This document shows, piece by piece, positions 12,964 to 23,900 of a DNA stretch of 64,000 bases. This DNA is from Vicugna vicugna. Lineage: Eukaryota. Within the stretch, counting starts at the first letter, position 1, and each line of letters begins with the position of its first letter. Below the pieces are notes generated by a model. That model saw only the letters and a program-made list of their open reading frames with translations, did no database searches and had not been told where the DNA came from. Where the stretch lies: positions 1,171,879-1,235,878 of the forward strand of contig MU057801.1 in NCBI GenBank assembly GCA_013265495.1, given 5' to 3'. Both the position numbers and the translations under genes were made by a program.

Positions 12964-14652
12964 CCAAATGGCTTATTGCTACTTAGCTGTGAACGTGGTT
13001 ATGCCTTATATCATCCTCTGCAATGTCCTGACGAGAGAATCATACTCCGGATCTCCCTCAGTTCCTTGGCTGGAGCAGACAGGCAGTGTTTGCGGGTGTT
13101 TCTGATTCGTGTTGATTTTCTGTTCCAAAAACTGGACTCTGTTAACAACTTGACGTCAGGAAGAAACATCTACAATTCTGTTACGATCGTACTTAGGGAT
13201 TAAGTAGAGAGATCTTGGGGTTCGTGTGCCCCTCAGTAATTCATCTCCACTTCTATTGTAATTGACAGACCACAATTTCTACCACAAAGCCAATACCTTC
13301 TTCAGGCAAGGTCCCCTCTGAGGCAAACTGAAATCGAGTTGATATATTTCCCTGATGATTTCTTATCTCCATGATTTTTATTTTAGTCAGGAATGTCAGC
13401 CAGGGCAGTCACATTTGTATTCCAAGCCTGCCAACTCTGAACAGAAAGCAGGTGTCCACTAAAGACACACCTTAACAAGGGGGATTAGACGTTCTAGTGA
13501 AAGGCAGATCAGTGTCCCTCGTGTCACTATAAATAAACGTCTGGGCCTGCTATCAGCTTGCAGGGTTAAGGTCGCACCTTCAACACTTCTGAGTGCTTCA
13601 CATTTTATTGCCCTTTAAACGAGGCCTTTTCCATCTATTTATATGCCTGGAGGGAATTACTACCGTTCACCTCCTTGAACATGTGACTTCCGTAAACTTC
13701 AGGAGACAGAATGTCTTTTTCTTTAGGAGACAATATAACCTGGGGCCATAAACAGAAATCTGCCAGAATTTCCTCAAATACCACATTATGGAATGAAATA
13801 CACTGAAACCCTTTCATGGCGCTGGATCTAGGACCTCTTGTACCTGCTTTACAAGCAAATCATGTGTTAGCAGACTTTAACTGTTTGGGGCTGTTTCAGA
13901 ACATGAGATTTGTCCTCAAAACCTATGTAACAACAAGTATGGATTTCAATTTGTGGTTCTGGTCAAATCCTGTTCTTTGAAACTGAAACACATACAGCCA
14001 ACGCTTGCTAAAACACCAGTCATAGCTTATTCACACTTACACGTATACAGCATCCTCTCCCATAGTAGCTGAGGGTTACAAGGCCCATGGGATGCCTCGC
14101 CAAAAAACGATGCTTCCTGGTTAGAGAAACAGAGACGGGCGTGCAAACAGGCTCTAAGACAGCCACAGAAAGGTAGTGTGCTCAACTCAGTCTAACCCAG
14201 AGTTCCCAAGCCATCTGACTACGGACACACACCCTGTTTTCCCACACTTTGGGTATGCTGTTTGTTGTTTTACGTCGTTGGTTAACTTAAGGTGTGAGCA
14301 GTGACTGAGAAAGTTTAGAGCTAAATGTACATATTGAGGCCTTAAAAAAAAACAGACACATCTTTCAGTCAGCCACATTCCTGCATTACCTTTCTGTACT
14401 CACATTTCTGAGCTGCATTCTGAAGTTCAGTGAGGACAGGACTGCAGATGAACAAACATGTTTGGTACGTTTGCTCACCAAGGTCATGTCCATTTGTACG
14501 TGGTGATAATGACTTCACGTGGCTTTAGGTTGCCAGGAGCATTTGAGACAAGATCAGAATATATCAAAATCATGGAAATCTGAACAAGGAGCTTTGGGTG
14601 GGCTCTAAGAGCAGAAACTTGCAGACTCCATTTCCATTTTCATGTTCTAAGA

Positions 14653-15179
14653 CAGAGGTTCTCAAAGTTTTGGGGCTCAGAACTCCTTTATACACTTAAA
14701 AATCATTGAGCATCCCAAAGAGCTTTTGTTCAAGTTAATTACAACTGTCAATACTTGCCATGTTAGAAATCAAATCCGAGAAAAATTTAAAATACTTAAA
14801 ATACTAAAATAAATTATTATTAATTCACTTAGAAATGACAAAAAGCCCATAACATGTTAGTATATTTTTATGAAAATAAATTTTTTCTCAAACTCCCCCC
14901 AAATTAGTGAGAAAACTGGCTTTGTTTTACACTTTTTGAAATTCTTCAGTGTCTGGCTTAATAGAAGGCAACTGGGTTGCCCCATCTGCTTCTGATGTCC
15001 AGTCTGCTGAGACGTTACATCACACGGCCTCTGAAAAATTCCACTGTACACTTGGAGAATGAGAGTGAAAAGGAAAACCACACTGTAATATTATTAGGAA
15101 AATAGTTTTAACCTCGTGGACCCCCTGATCGGGCCTCTGTGATCTTAGGGGTCCCTGGACCACATTTTGAGAACTGCTG
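14653..15179. mobile_element. hAT-Charlie non-autonomous element (MER119-like)
   Basis: TIRs cagaggttctcaaa/tttgagaactgctg; 8-bp TSD ttctaaga/ctctaaga. Confidence 0.8.
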
Positions 15180-15639
15180 CTCTAAGAATTCAATTCAGTA
15201 AATATTGACCATCTACGGAATGCCCACAAGACACGTCCCCGCCTCTAGGGAACTTACAGTGTCTCCTTCCACACACATCGCCTTATTTCCATCCAGTCTC
15301 ACCGAGATTTCAAGACTTGCTGTCATCCTACCTCCTCCCTGCCATGTGTGATGGTCCCATTAGGTGGCTAGATCTCTGTCTTTTTAAAATGTCTGTAGCA
15401 ATTATCGTCTGTGCAATTCACTTGGTATTTCAAATCATATGCTGTGGTAGCTTAAATACTACGTTGTAAAATTAATGATACTTAAATGCTGTGATGTAGA
15501 GTCAACACATCTTATGTTACATGATAAGAGGATAAGTGAGGAAAGAAAACAAAGATATTTGCTTTGTACACACACACCAACAAACACATTCATAGCAAAA
15601 TAAGAAGGAAATATGGCAGTTACAGTGCTGGTTTCTGTA

Positions 15640-17535
15640 GGTGGTCGCTGGCTCAAGGCTGGTGTTCAGAACCGCCTCCTTCCTTTGCCAACACCACATC
15701 CCCCTTGACTTCATCAAGTGCTTTCACTGGTCTCGGTTCTAGACTTGGATGGGGTGGCCCACACCTTCACTCTGGAAGGGTCTGAGCCATTAAGCAGTCC
15801 TGCCTGAACTGGGCTGTGGCGCTCTTCGCTGAGTTTAATCACCGGGCATGGCAGAACTAAGAGAAGCCCCTAGGCATCTCCGGTCTCCCAGGCGTACTCT
15901 TCATCTCTTCTGAGGAGCGTCAGCCCCTTTGCCCCTGGTATGCAGGATCAGTTGCCCCAGTCAGCACAGTAACTCCCTCCCTGAGTGTTGATTCAGAGGC
16001 AGGCGGAGCCCGAAATGACCCAGGTGGCAGTCAACTTCCAGGTCAATGGAATCAGTGTGTGTCTCCTGGGGGAGCTATGACTTTCCTCCCTTTGAAACTA
16101 AGACCTCTAGATCAGCAGAGTATGCAGTTGAGGGAAAAGGAAGCAAATATTTGGCTAGTAGGTCACTAGGGGTAATAGTGACAGGTGCCACTCCCAATTC
16201 CCGCCCTTTCCGGAACCCATGGCTTCTGACTGTGGGAGAAGAGCAGCAAATACGGGGCACGTACAGCCTCCTGGAGACCTTTGTCCAGCTCTGTAAGGTA
16301 CTGCCACCCAACTGGCCCTGTAATAGGGTCTCCAAAAGGTCATTCCACGGCTCTATCAGGCCAGCTGCTTTGGGGGGGGGGTCATGGAGAGACGGGGAAT
16401 TTCATAGACACGGGCCATTGCTGCACTTCACTGCTATGCAGTGAGTTCCCTGTCTAGGGGCGGTGCTGCTTGGAATACCAGGCTAGTGGATAAGGCACCC
16501 CGCAATTCCAAGGGTGGCGGTTTTGGCAGGAGCACTGTGGGCAGGGAAGGCAAATCTGTATCCAGAGTAATCGTCTGTTCCAGTGAGAACAAGATGCTGC
16601 CCCTTCCATGATGGAAGTTGCCCAGAGTAATCAACTGGCCACCAGGGAGCTGGCTGATGGCCCTGAGGAAGGTGCTATATTGGGGATTCGGTGCTGGTCT
16701 TTGCTGCTGGCAAGTTGGGCACACAGCTGCTGTAGCCAGGTCAGCCTTGGCAAAGGGAAGTCTTTGTTTCTGAGTCCATGCATAACCTCCATTCCTGCCA
16801 CCATGGCCACTTTGTTCATGAGCCCACTGGGCAACGACAGGGGTGGCTGGGAAAGAGGCTGTTATCCACAAAATGTGTCATGCTATCCAATCGGTTATTA
16901 ACATCCCCCTCTGGTGAGGTCATCTTTTGGTGGGCGCTGACATGAGACACAAATATGTTCATGTTTTTCACCAATTCAGGGAGGTCTGTTCATGCACCTC
17001 TTGCCCAGACCTCCTTGTCACCGACTCCCCAGCTGTGTTCCTTGTTCCTGACCCTTCCATGCAGCCAAACCACTGGCCACAGTCCAGGAGCCAGTATCAC
17101 ATGCTGGCTATTTCTCCTTCCAAGTGAAATGAACAACCAGGTGTGATGTTCAAAGTTTTGCTCACTGGGAGGATTTCCCGTCACCTTGTCCTTCAGGGAT
17201 GTCCAAGAAAGGGGCTGCAGGCTGCAGCCATCCACTTTTTTTGGGGGGGGGGCTGCATATCCTGCAGAACCATCTGGAAAGTAGGCCCAAGTTTTCTCCT
17301 TCCTTACATTAAACCAGGGCAGCTCCAGCATTTCTAACTCACTCACTATGGGCCACTGTTTTGTCCATGTTTCAGCCAACTGACCGACCACACCACTAGA
17401 GGCCTTCCTAACTCCCTGAGCCACATCAGATGCAGGACCCCTGCTCTGTGGGCCCGCATCGGAACTCTGGCCTGATACAACTTTAGGTTCCGTCTGCCCT
17501 CATCCTGCACCCTTGGTATCAATTCCCACACATTC
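15640..17535 (-). mobile_element. ERV-L internal remnant (gag fragment joined to RNase H and integrase)
   Basis: WAHEQSGHGG…CPTCQQ (integrase HHCC), KTWAYFPDGSA (RNase H) and ELPWFN (gag-like), with frameshifts. Confidence 0.85.
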
Positions 17536-17611
17536 TGTGTATAAATAACAAAATCTAGTTCATACTTTACCCTTAGCAGCCTGCTGGGACTTGTACCGAA
17601 TTATAGGCTGC

Positions 17612-18045
17612 TGTAGATAGGGTGGAAGTCTGTGTCCTCCCCAAATTCACATGTTGGAATCCTGACCCCAAGGGTGGTGGTGTTAGGTGGGGCCTTTGGG
17701 AGATGACTGGGTCATGAGGGCACAGCCTTTGCGAATGGGGTTAGTGCTCTTGTGCAAGACACCTCAAGGGGATCCCTCACCCCTTTGGCCACGTGAGAAG
17801 TCAGTGAGAAAACGCTGGTCGGTGAGGCAGCAGACCCTCACCAGACATAGAACCTGCTGGCTCCTTGATCTCGGACTTCCCAACACCCTGAATTGTGAGA
17901 ATTACATTTCTGGGTGGTGGGGGTATAGCTCAGTGGTAGAGTGCATGCTTAGCAGGCATGAGGCCTGGGGTTCAATCCCCAGCACCCCTACTGAAAAAAA
18001 AAGAAAGAATGTCACCCAGCAAACAGTATTTGGTTATAGCAGGTC
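17612..18045 (+). mobile_element. MLT1A-like MaLR LTR split by a SINE
   Basis: tgtgtcctccccaaattcacatgttggaatcct…ccttgatctcggacttccc…gtatttggttatagc. Confidence 0.75.
17912..18008 (+). mobile_element. tRNA-derived SINE inserted in a MaLR LTR
   Basis: gggtatagctcagtggtagagtgcatgcttagc…ggttcaatcccc plus A tail. Confidence 0.85.
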
Positions 18046-19779
18046 AAAGATTATTTTCTATAATGACAATGAAAAGGAGGCTCTAAAATGAATTTATAAC
18101 CTTTTACAATCATTCTGGGTTCTGTACATTTCATATTATTCCTCATATTAATGTAATCCAGATGTCAGCTGGGGGCCTTCCTCTGCCCCCCTGGAGGTCT
18201 GGGCAAAAGTGTTTCAAAACCTCCTGGTTCCCAGCCTGCAGAAGTTCGAAGACTGGCTCAATATTCCCGCTAATTTCCAATGCTTAAAAAATCCCCCTTG
18301 CCTCCTCTGGCCGTTGAACTCTGTTATGTAGCCTGGCACTGTGTTCTAGACCACAGTGACCCCAACACAGGACTCATTCTCTTTTTCAATTTCGACAACA
18401 ACCAACACCCCCCCCCCACCACCAGCAAGCCTGAGTCTGGCAGACACTGCTGGAAACCCTGGGCTGGGGAAGGTGTCGCACGCAGCACTTCATCTACATC
18501 CTCCCGTCACCTTTCACGTTTCCCCGCTTCTCTTCCTTTCAGGCCTCGTTTCCAAGCGCCCCAGATTCCAACTTTTGTACCTCTTTTCCTCAAAGCAATG
18601 TCAGCCCCTAGGTGAATTAGCTGTGTATTCCCCGGATTCTGTTACTGGTTTTTTGAACTCTTTAGAGAAACTTAGCCCAAAACAATTTAGGACCAAAGGA
18701 GAATTTACTGGCTCATGGGATTACAGGACGGGTTTACCAACTAAACTGCAGGAAGAGGGGTTCAGTTAAACTCAAAAGCACTGAAACCAGGGAGGACATC
18801 TGCTTCTTCCACTGCAAACTGGTAACAAGCCCTGTTCTCACCTTCCAGCTTTCCGCCAACCCGGAGGGGCTGCCTCGCCTTACTTGTGGCTTGAAGTTCA
18901 TGCTGGGCAAGGACTCTCCATGGCCCAAATGCCCACCTGTCCACCCTCGTTCCAACTACCTACCGCGTATGTGCCCCTAAGAGCGTGGCGCCCTCCAGGG
19001 ACCCAAATACTCGAGGAGGGGCTGGTTCTAGGGGTAGTGAGGGATTTCACCACCACCAATTTCCCATAAGAGTTTTGGCTGTCCTTAGGTAAAACACGGG
19101 CTAATAGCCTTTCCTCTAATGTCCACGCCAGCCAGTTTAAACAGGGCGGCATCGGGCCACAGAGGAGGGGCAAGGACCACTGCACGCCAGGTGGCAGGGA
19201 GAAGTGCTTTTACAGAGGCCGCCTGACGTGAGCCTTTGGGACTGAGTGTGAGTGTCAAGCCACGAGGGGATTCCAGGGAGACGGACTTCCAGGCTTGAGC
19301 AAGTGGACCGAAATACCCTCCTCTTCCACGCCTCCCTTTTTATATGCTGAAAATATGTATCTGAAGCCGTCAGCAAACAAAGGATAAAAGTATCTTAGTC
19401 CAAGGACGGAGAATTAAGTGATCTTTACTTGGACTGAAACACAAACTGTGTGAACAAGCAAGTGACTTAACCCCTCTACAACCAACCTGCCTTCTCACCC
19501 TTCATAGGAGGTTGGTAAGAGCACCCTCATAAGGCCCAAGTGACCCACAAACGAGACAACCCCTCAGCCAATGCTTCAGCACGTTGTAAGCGCTCCAATA
19601 AATGCCAGAGAGCGATGCTAGCGATTATTCTACACTCATAAATGTAACTGGAAGGCCGAATTAGATGCCAAACGCTGGCCACATACCATTTTATAACTGT
19701 TTAAAGTGAGTTATTTATGCAAACCAGCCATCATTAGTGCAGAATACTTTTAAAAAGTACGTACTGTGGCACAGAACTG

Positions 19780-20900
19780 AGAGAAACCGGGAAGTAGACG
19801 TAATGAGGCCGTGCAGATGCTTAGATTCTACCGTGACTCGAAGCGGGTGAGAGAGGAGACCAGACCGGCCAAGCCTCCCCGGGGCCTGCGGAGCGCGGGC
19901 GGGAACTCCCCCTGAGGGGCGGCCGGGGCGGGGGAAGCTCCGGAGTGGGCTCCGTGCAGCCCGCGCCCCCCCGATGCGGCCCCAGGTCCCGAGCCCCGCC
20001 CCGAGCCCCGCCCCGGGCCCCGCCCCACCGACGTCCCGCCCCAGACGACCCCGCCCAGTGCAGCCCGACCCTCCTTCCCGGCTTCCCTGGCGGCGCCGCC
20101 GTGACCTCACTTCCTGTCGCCGGCGCGCACGTGGGAGGAAGTGCCGGTGCCCGCGGCCCCGCTGCTGCCGGTCTCTCTGGTTACGTCCGTCCGCGGGCCG
20201 CGCCGCCGTCTCTAGCTGCGCCGCCGCCATGGGAGTCCCGGCTTTCTTCCGCTGGCTCAGCCGCAAGTACCCGTCCATCATTGTCAACTGCGTGGAAGAG
20301 AAGGTGAGGAGGCGCGGGGCGGCCGCGCCAGAGCCCGGAGCCCCGGCGCGTCCAGGCCGCGGTGCCCGGGGTCCGTCGCCCGCCCCTGGGCGCCGTGCGG
20401 GGGCCCGCGCTCCTCTCCGCCCCCAGCAGCCGAGCCCGACGCGCGCTGGGGCGCGGGCGCTCGGACTCGGGCCTGGGCGGGGGTCCTGGGCGGGGCGAGG
20501 GCCGAGCGGGCCGGAGCTCGCGGGAGGGCTGCTCCCCGCCGCCCGCCGGCTCCCGGGCCGGAAGGCCCCGCCCACGGCTTTGTTCCCTCCCGCTCGGCGC
20601 TGTCGGGGTTTCTGGAGAGGCTCCCGGGCTGTCGGTCGGCGTGCGGCTGGGCGGCTGAGTTAGCCGGTGAGGGTGGCGGGGGTGCCGACGCCAGCCTCTA
20701 CCGACCTGGGGAAGTAGTCCCGGCGGCGAGCTCTGCGCTGTTCCCTGGCCCGGCCCGAATGGTTTTCTGCTAGCGGGAGAGGCAGGTCCTGCGGAGAAGG
20801 CGGCGCCTTAGAAACGTCCGGGACAGGACAGCGGTCCCCCAGGTGCCCCTTGTCTAGGGGCCGGCCTGCTGGACCGCATGCCTTTGACAGTTTCAGAATT
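19780..20900 (+). promoter_or_regulatory. CpG-island promoter of XRN2
   Basis: Very high GC and CpG density around exon 1. Repeated CCCCGCCC (Sp1-type) boxes at ~19994-20030, ETS-like CACTTCCT and GGAAGT, and an E-box CACGTG at ~20108-20143. No obvious TATA box. Confidence 0.9.
20229..20303 (+). CDS. XRN2: XRN2 exon 1 (coding part)
   Basis: [25 protein letters not shown], donor AAG|gtgagg. Confidence 0.97.
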
Positions 20901-23900
20901 CCTGGCGCACCTGAACGGGACACTTGCTGCTGTAGTTTGTCAGTGTTACGTAGACTTCTGGCCGGTTTTGACTTTTGTGTTTATCGTTTATGTGGTTCCG
21001 TCCGAATTCGATTTTGTACTCTGGATTAGACTATCCGGATTGGGAAGGTTCAGGGCCACATTATGTTCCTCCCTGCTTCGGTTTTGAAGGACGTGCTCGT
21101 CCGACACGGGGAACTTTTCCCTTAGGCTGGGTGAGATCTTGATTTTGCTTAGAATCCGTCCGAGGAAGAACTGAAAGCCTTGTTCTTATTACCTTTCCAG
21201 TACTCTCCGTGTTTTTCTCAAAGAGAAACTGTTAAACTGAATGCTCATTTCCTTTGCTTTTAAAACTTTTATCGAACGTTATTAACTTTACTTGCGTCTT
21301 AACAAATTTCTACTCTCCAGTGATAACCACTTTTAACTATTTTTGGTTTTATTGAATTTTAGCAAGAATAGAAGAGGATGTAGTCCCATACACAGCCCTC
21401 CCCCCGTCTCCTAAGCACTAGCTTCATTTCTCTATTGGTAAACTTTGTAACTTGTGTGTTCTGTTATTTTTTTTTAATTCCATCTCCTATACAAAGTATC
21501 GTTTGACCCTTTGCTTTCAAAGGTTAGGTGTTAGCTTTTCTACCTCTGTTGCCCTTCCTGTCAGCTGACCTTCTGCCTTGCTGGCCGCCAAAACGAAGTT
21601 GTCAGGCCTCTGGCTATACAGGTTTGTTTTAAAGGCTGAAAAATCAGATGGCATTGGTGATTATTGTCACTGTGTAGATTCACAGTATGTGCTGTGATTC
21701 CGTTTCTTCCCTTGTGCCACTCTTGTCTTTTGTTGTGTGGACTGTTTTCCACTACAGCTGGTTCCCCATCCAGACTCTCTTTTATCAGGTGTTGTATCAA
21801 GTCCTCTTTTTAACTGCTTGAGGTCTTTATTCCTGTTGCTGCCATGCTTGGTTATGTAGGCTTGCTGGAAAGCTGCTCCCGGAGATTTTTAAAAATCCCT
21901 TCAATTAGAGGTACAATTTTCTAATCATTATTTCTCTTGGTTTAAAACCTTCCTTGTTTTTTATTTTTACGTGAATTCTTAAGGAGTGTTGTGTGAGTTT
22001 TCTAAGTCCATACTACCCTTGTACACATGAATGATCATGAGCTAGGCAGAGCTTGGGTTTAAAAATACTTCTCCTCAAAACTTTAAAAACGTTGTTCTTT
22101 TGACTTCTGTCGTCCAGAATTGTTGATGAGACGTTGAATGCTAACTTGATTCGTTTGTTTAGGTAGCATTTATATAGTGTTTAACATGTGCTGGGTGTTT
22201 TGCAGATTAATTTATTAAATCCTCATAACAGCCACATAACTATTTCTCCTCTTCCTCCTCCTCCTTCTTACAGATGAGAACACTGAAGCACAGAGGGCTT
22301 GAGTGTGTCTCAAGGTCACGTGGCTAATGTGTCAGAGCCAGTGTCAGAGCCAGGAAGCCCCTGGTCTTCATGTCTGTGTTCTTTTGCTTTCATTCTTTTG
22401 TAGTTGTTGTATTTTTCTTTCTGAAATTTGTGAAGCTCTTTATCCTTGATGGCATAAGATTAGGTACTTAGGTAGAGATTTTTTTTTTTTCAATTAATTT
22501 TGATCAGTACTTGACTGACTCTGAGTCTGGAGGCTTGTGGGGAATGCTCTTAATTTTTTTCTTGTTTCTCCTTTTCTCTGTGCCCTCTGTGAACTCTGAA
22601 TACCGGTCCTCCTAGATTGATTTATTTTTCTTTTTCCTCTCTTCTCTCCTGCCTTTCCCTCGAGATATAATTGACCTACAACAAACTGCACATATTTAAC
22701 AATGTAGAATTTAATACATTCTGACTCATGTGTCCGTGAACCTATCACCACAGCCAAGATAATGGCCGTCACCTCTGGAACATTCCTTCTGCCCCCTGTT
22801 GTTGCTCCCCACAAGCCCTCCCTGCTGCCCATCTTTGTTGAGACTGATTTGTTTCTGACTCTCCGTAAGTTTTCATTTTCTACTGTTTTGTATAAGTGGA
22901 ATTATACAATATGTATTCTTTTTTTTAACCTTTTAACTTTATTCAGAATAATTATTTTGAAAGTGTTCCATGTTGTTACTTGTATCAGTAGCTTTTTGGG
23001 GGTTTTTTTTGGAATAGTATTTTGTGTTGTGCATTTATCACGTTTTGTTTATTCATTCACCTGATTGATGTTTGATGATTTGGGCTTTTTCCAGTTTTTG
23101 GCCATTAAAAAAACTTCTGTGAACGCTGGTATACAACTCTTCGTGTAGGCACGTGCTTTTATTTCTTTAGAGAATACACCTAGGAGTGAATTGGTTGCAT
23201 TGTATGGTAGGTGTCTGATTAAAAAAAACTTGCTAGACTGTTTTCCAAAGTGTTTGTGCTGTTTTATTGCCACCAGCAGTGTGTGAGAGGTCTGATTGCT
23301 CCGCTTCCTTGTCCACACTTAGAATGGTTAGTCTTTTTAATTTTGGCTGCCCACTGTGGTTCTTTCTTGCATTTCCCTAATGACCAAGGGTGGTGAGCAT
23401 CTCTTTGGGTGCTTATTTACCTTCCATATATATTCTTGAGTGAGGTGTCTATTCCGATTTTTTGCTCATTTTTAAGTTGGGTTGTTTGTATAATTGAATT
23501 GTAGAGGTTTTTTTTACATATTAACATGTATTTTTTGCAAATATTTTCTCTTAATCTGTGGCTTGCCTTTTTATTTAGCAGTGCAAAGAAGAGCAAAGTT
23601 TTTAATTTTAGTAGAGTCTGACTTTTATATCCCTGCTTTTTGTGGTATATTTCAGAAATCTTTGCCAAAGCCAAGGTCACCAAGATTTTGTCTTGTGTTT
23701 TCTTAGAGCTGTTTTATACTTTACTTCATCCTGTGCTTTTTTTTAAAAAATTTTTTAAAATGGTGAATCATACTGATTTTTAAATGTTAACTGCTCTTTG
23801 CATTTCTTTGAATTAAATCTCACCTGGTCATGGTGTATTATTTTTATATACTCTTGGAGTCAATTTGCCAAAATTTCCTTGAGAATTTTTACATTTTTGT

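Noticed and set aside
16075..16871. Domesticated integrase gene
   Set aside because: Several frameshifts split the ERV-L integrase into short frames.
19715..20923. Long ORFs on both strands over the CpG island (286 aa, 229 aa and others)
   Set aside because: Low-complexity Arg/Pro/Gly/Ala frames are expected in GC-rich DNA; only 20229-20303 matches a known protein.
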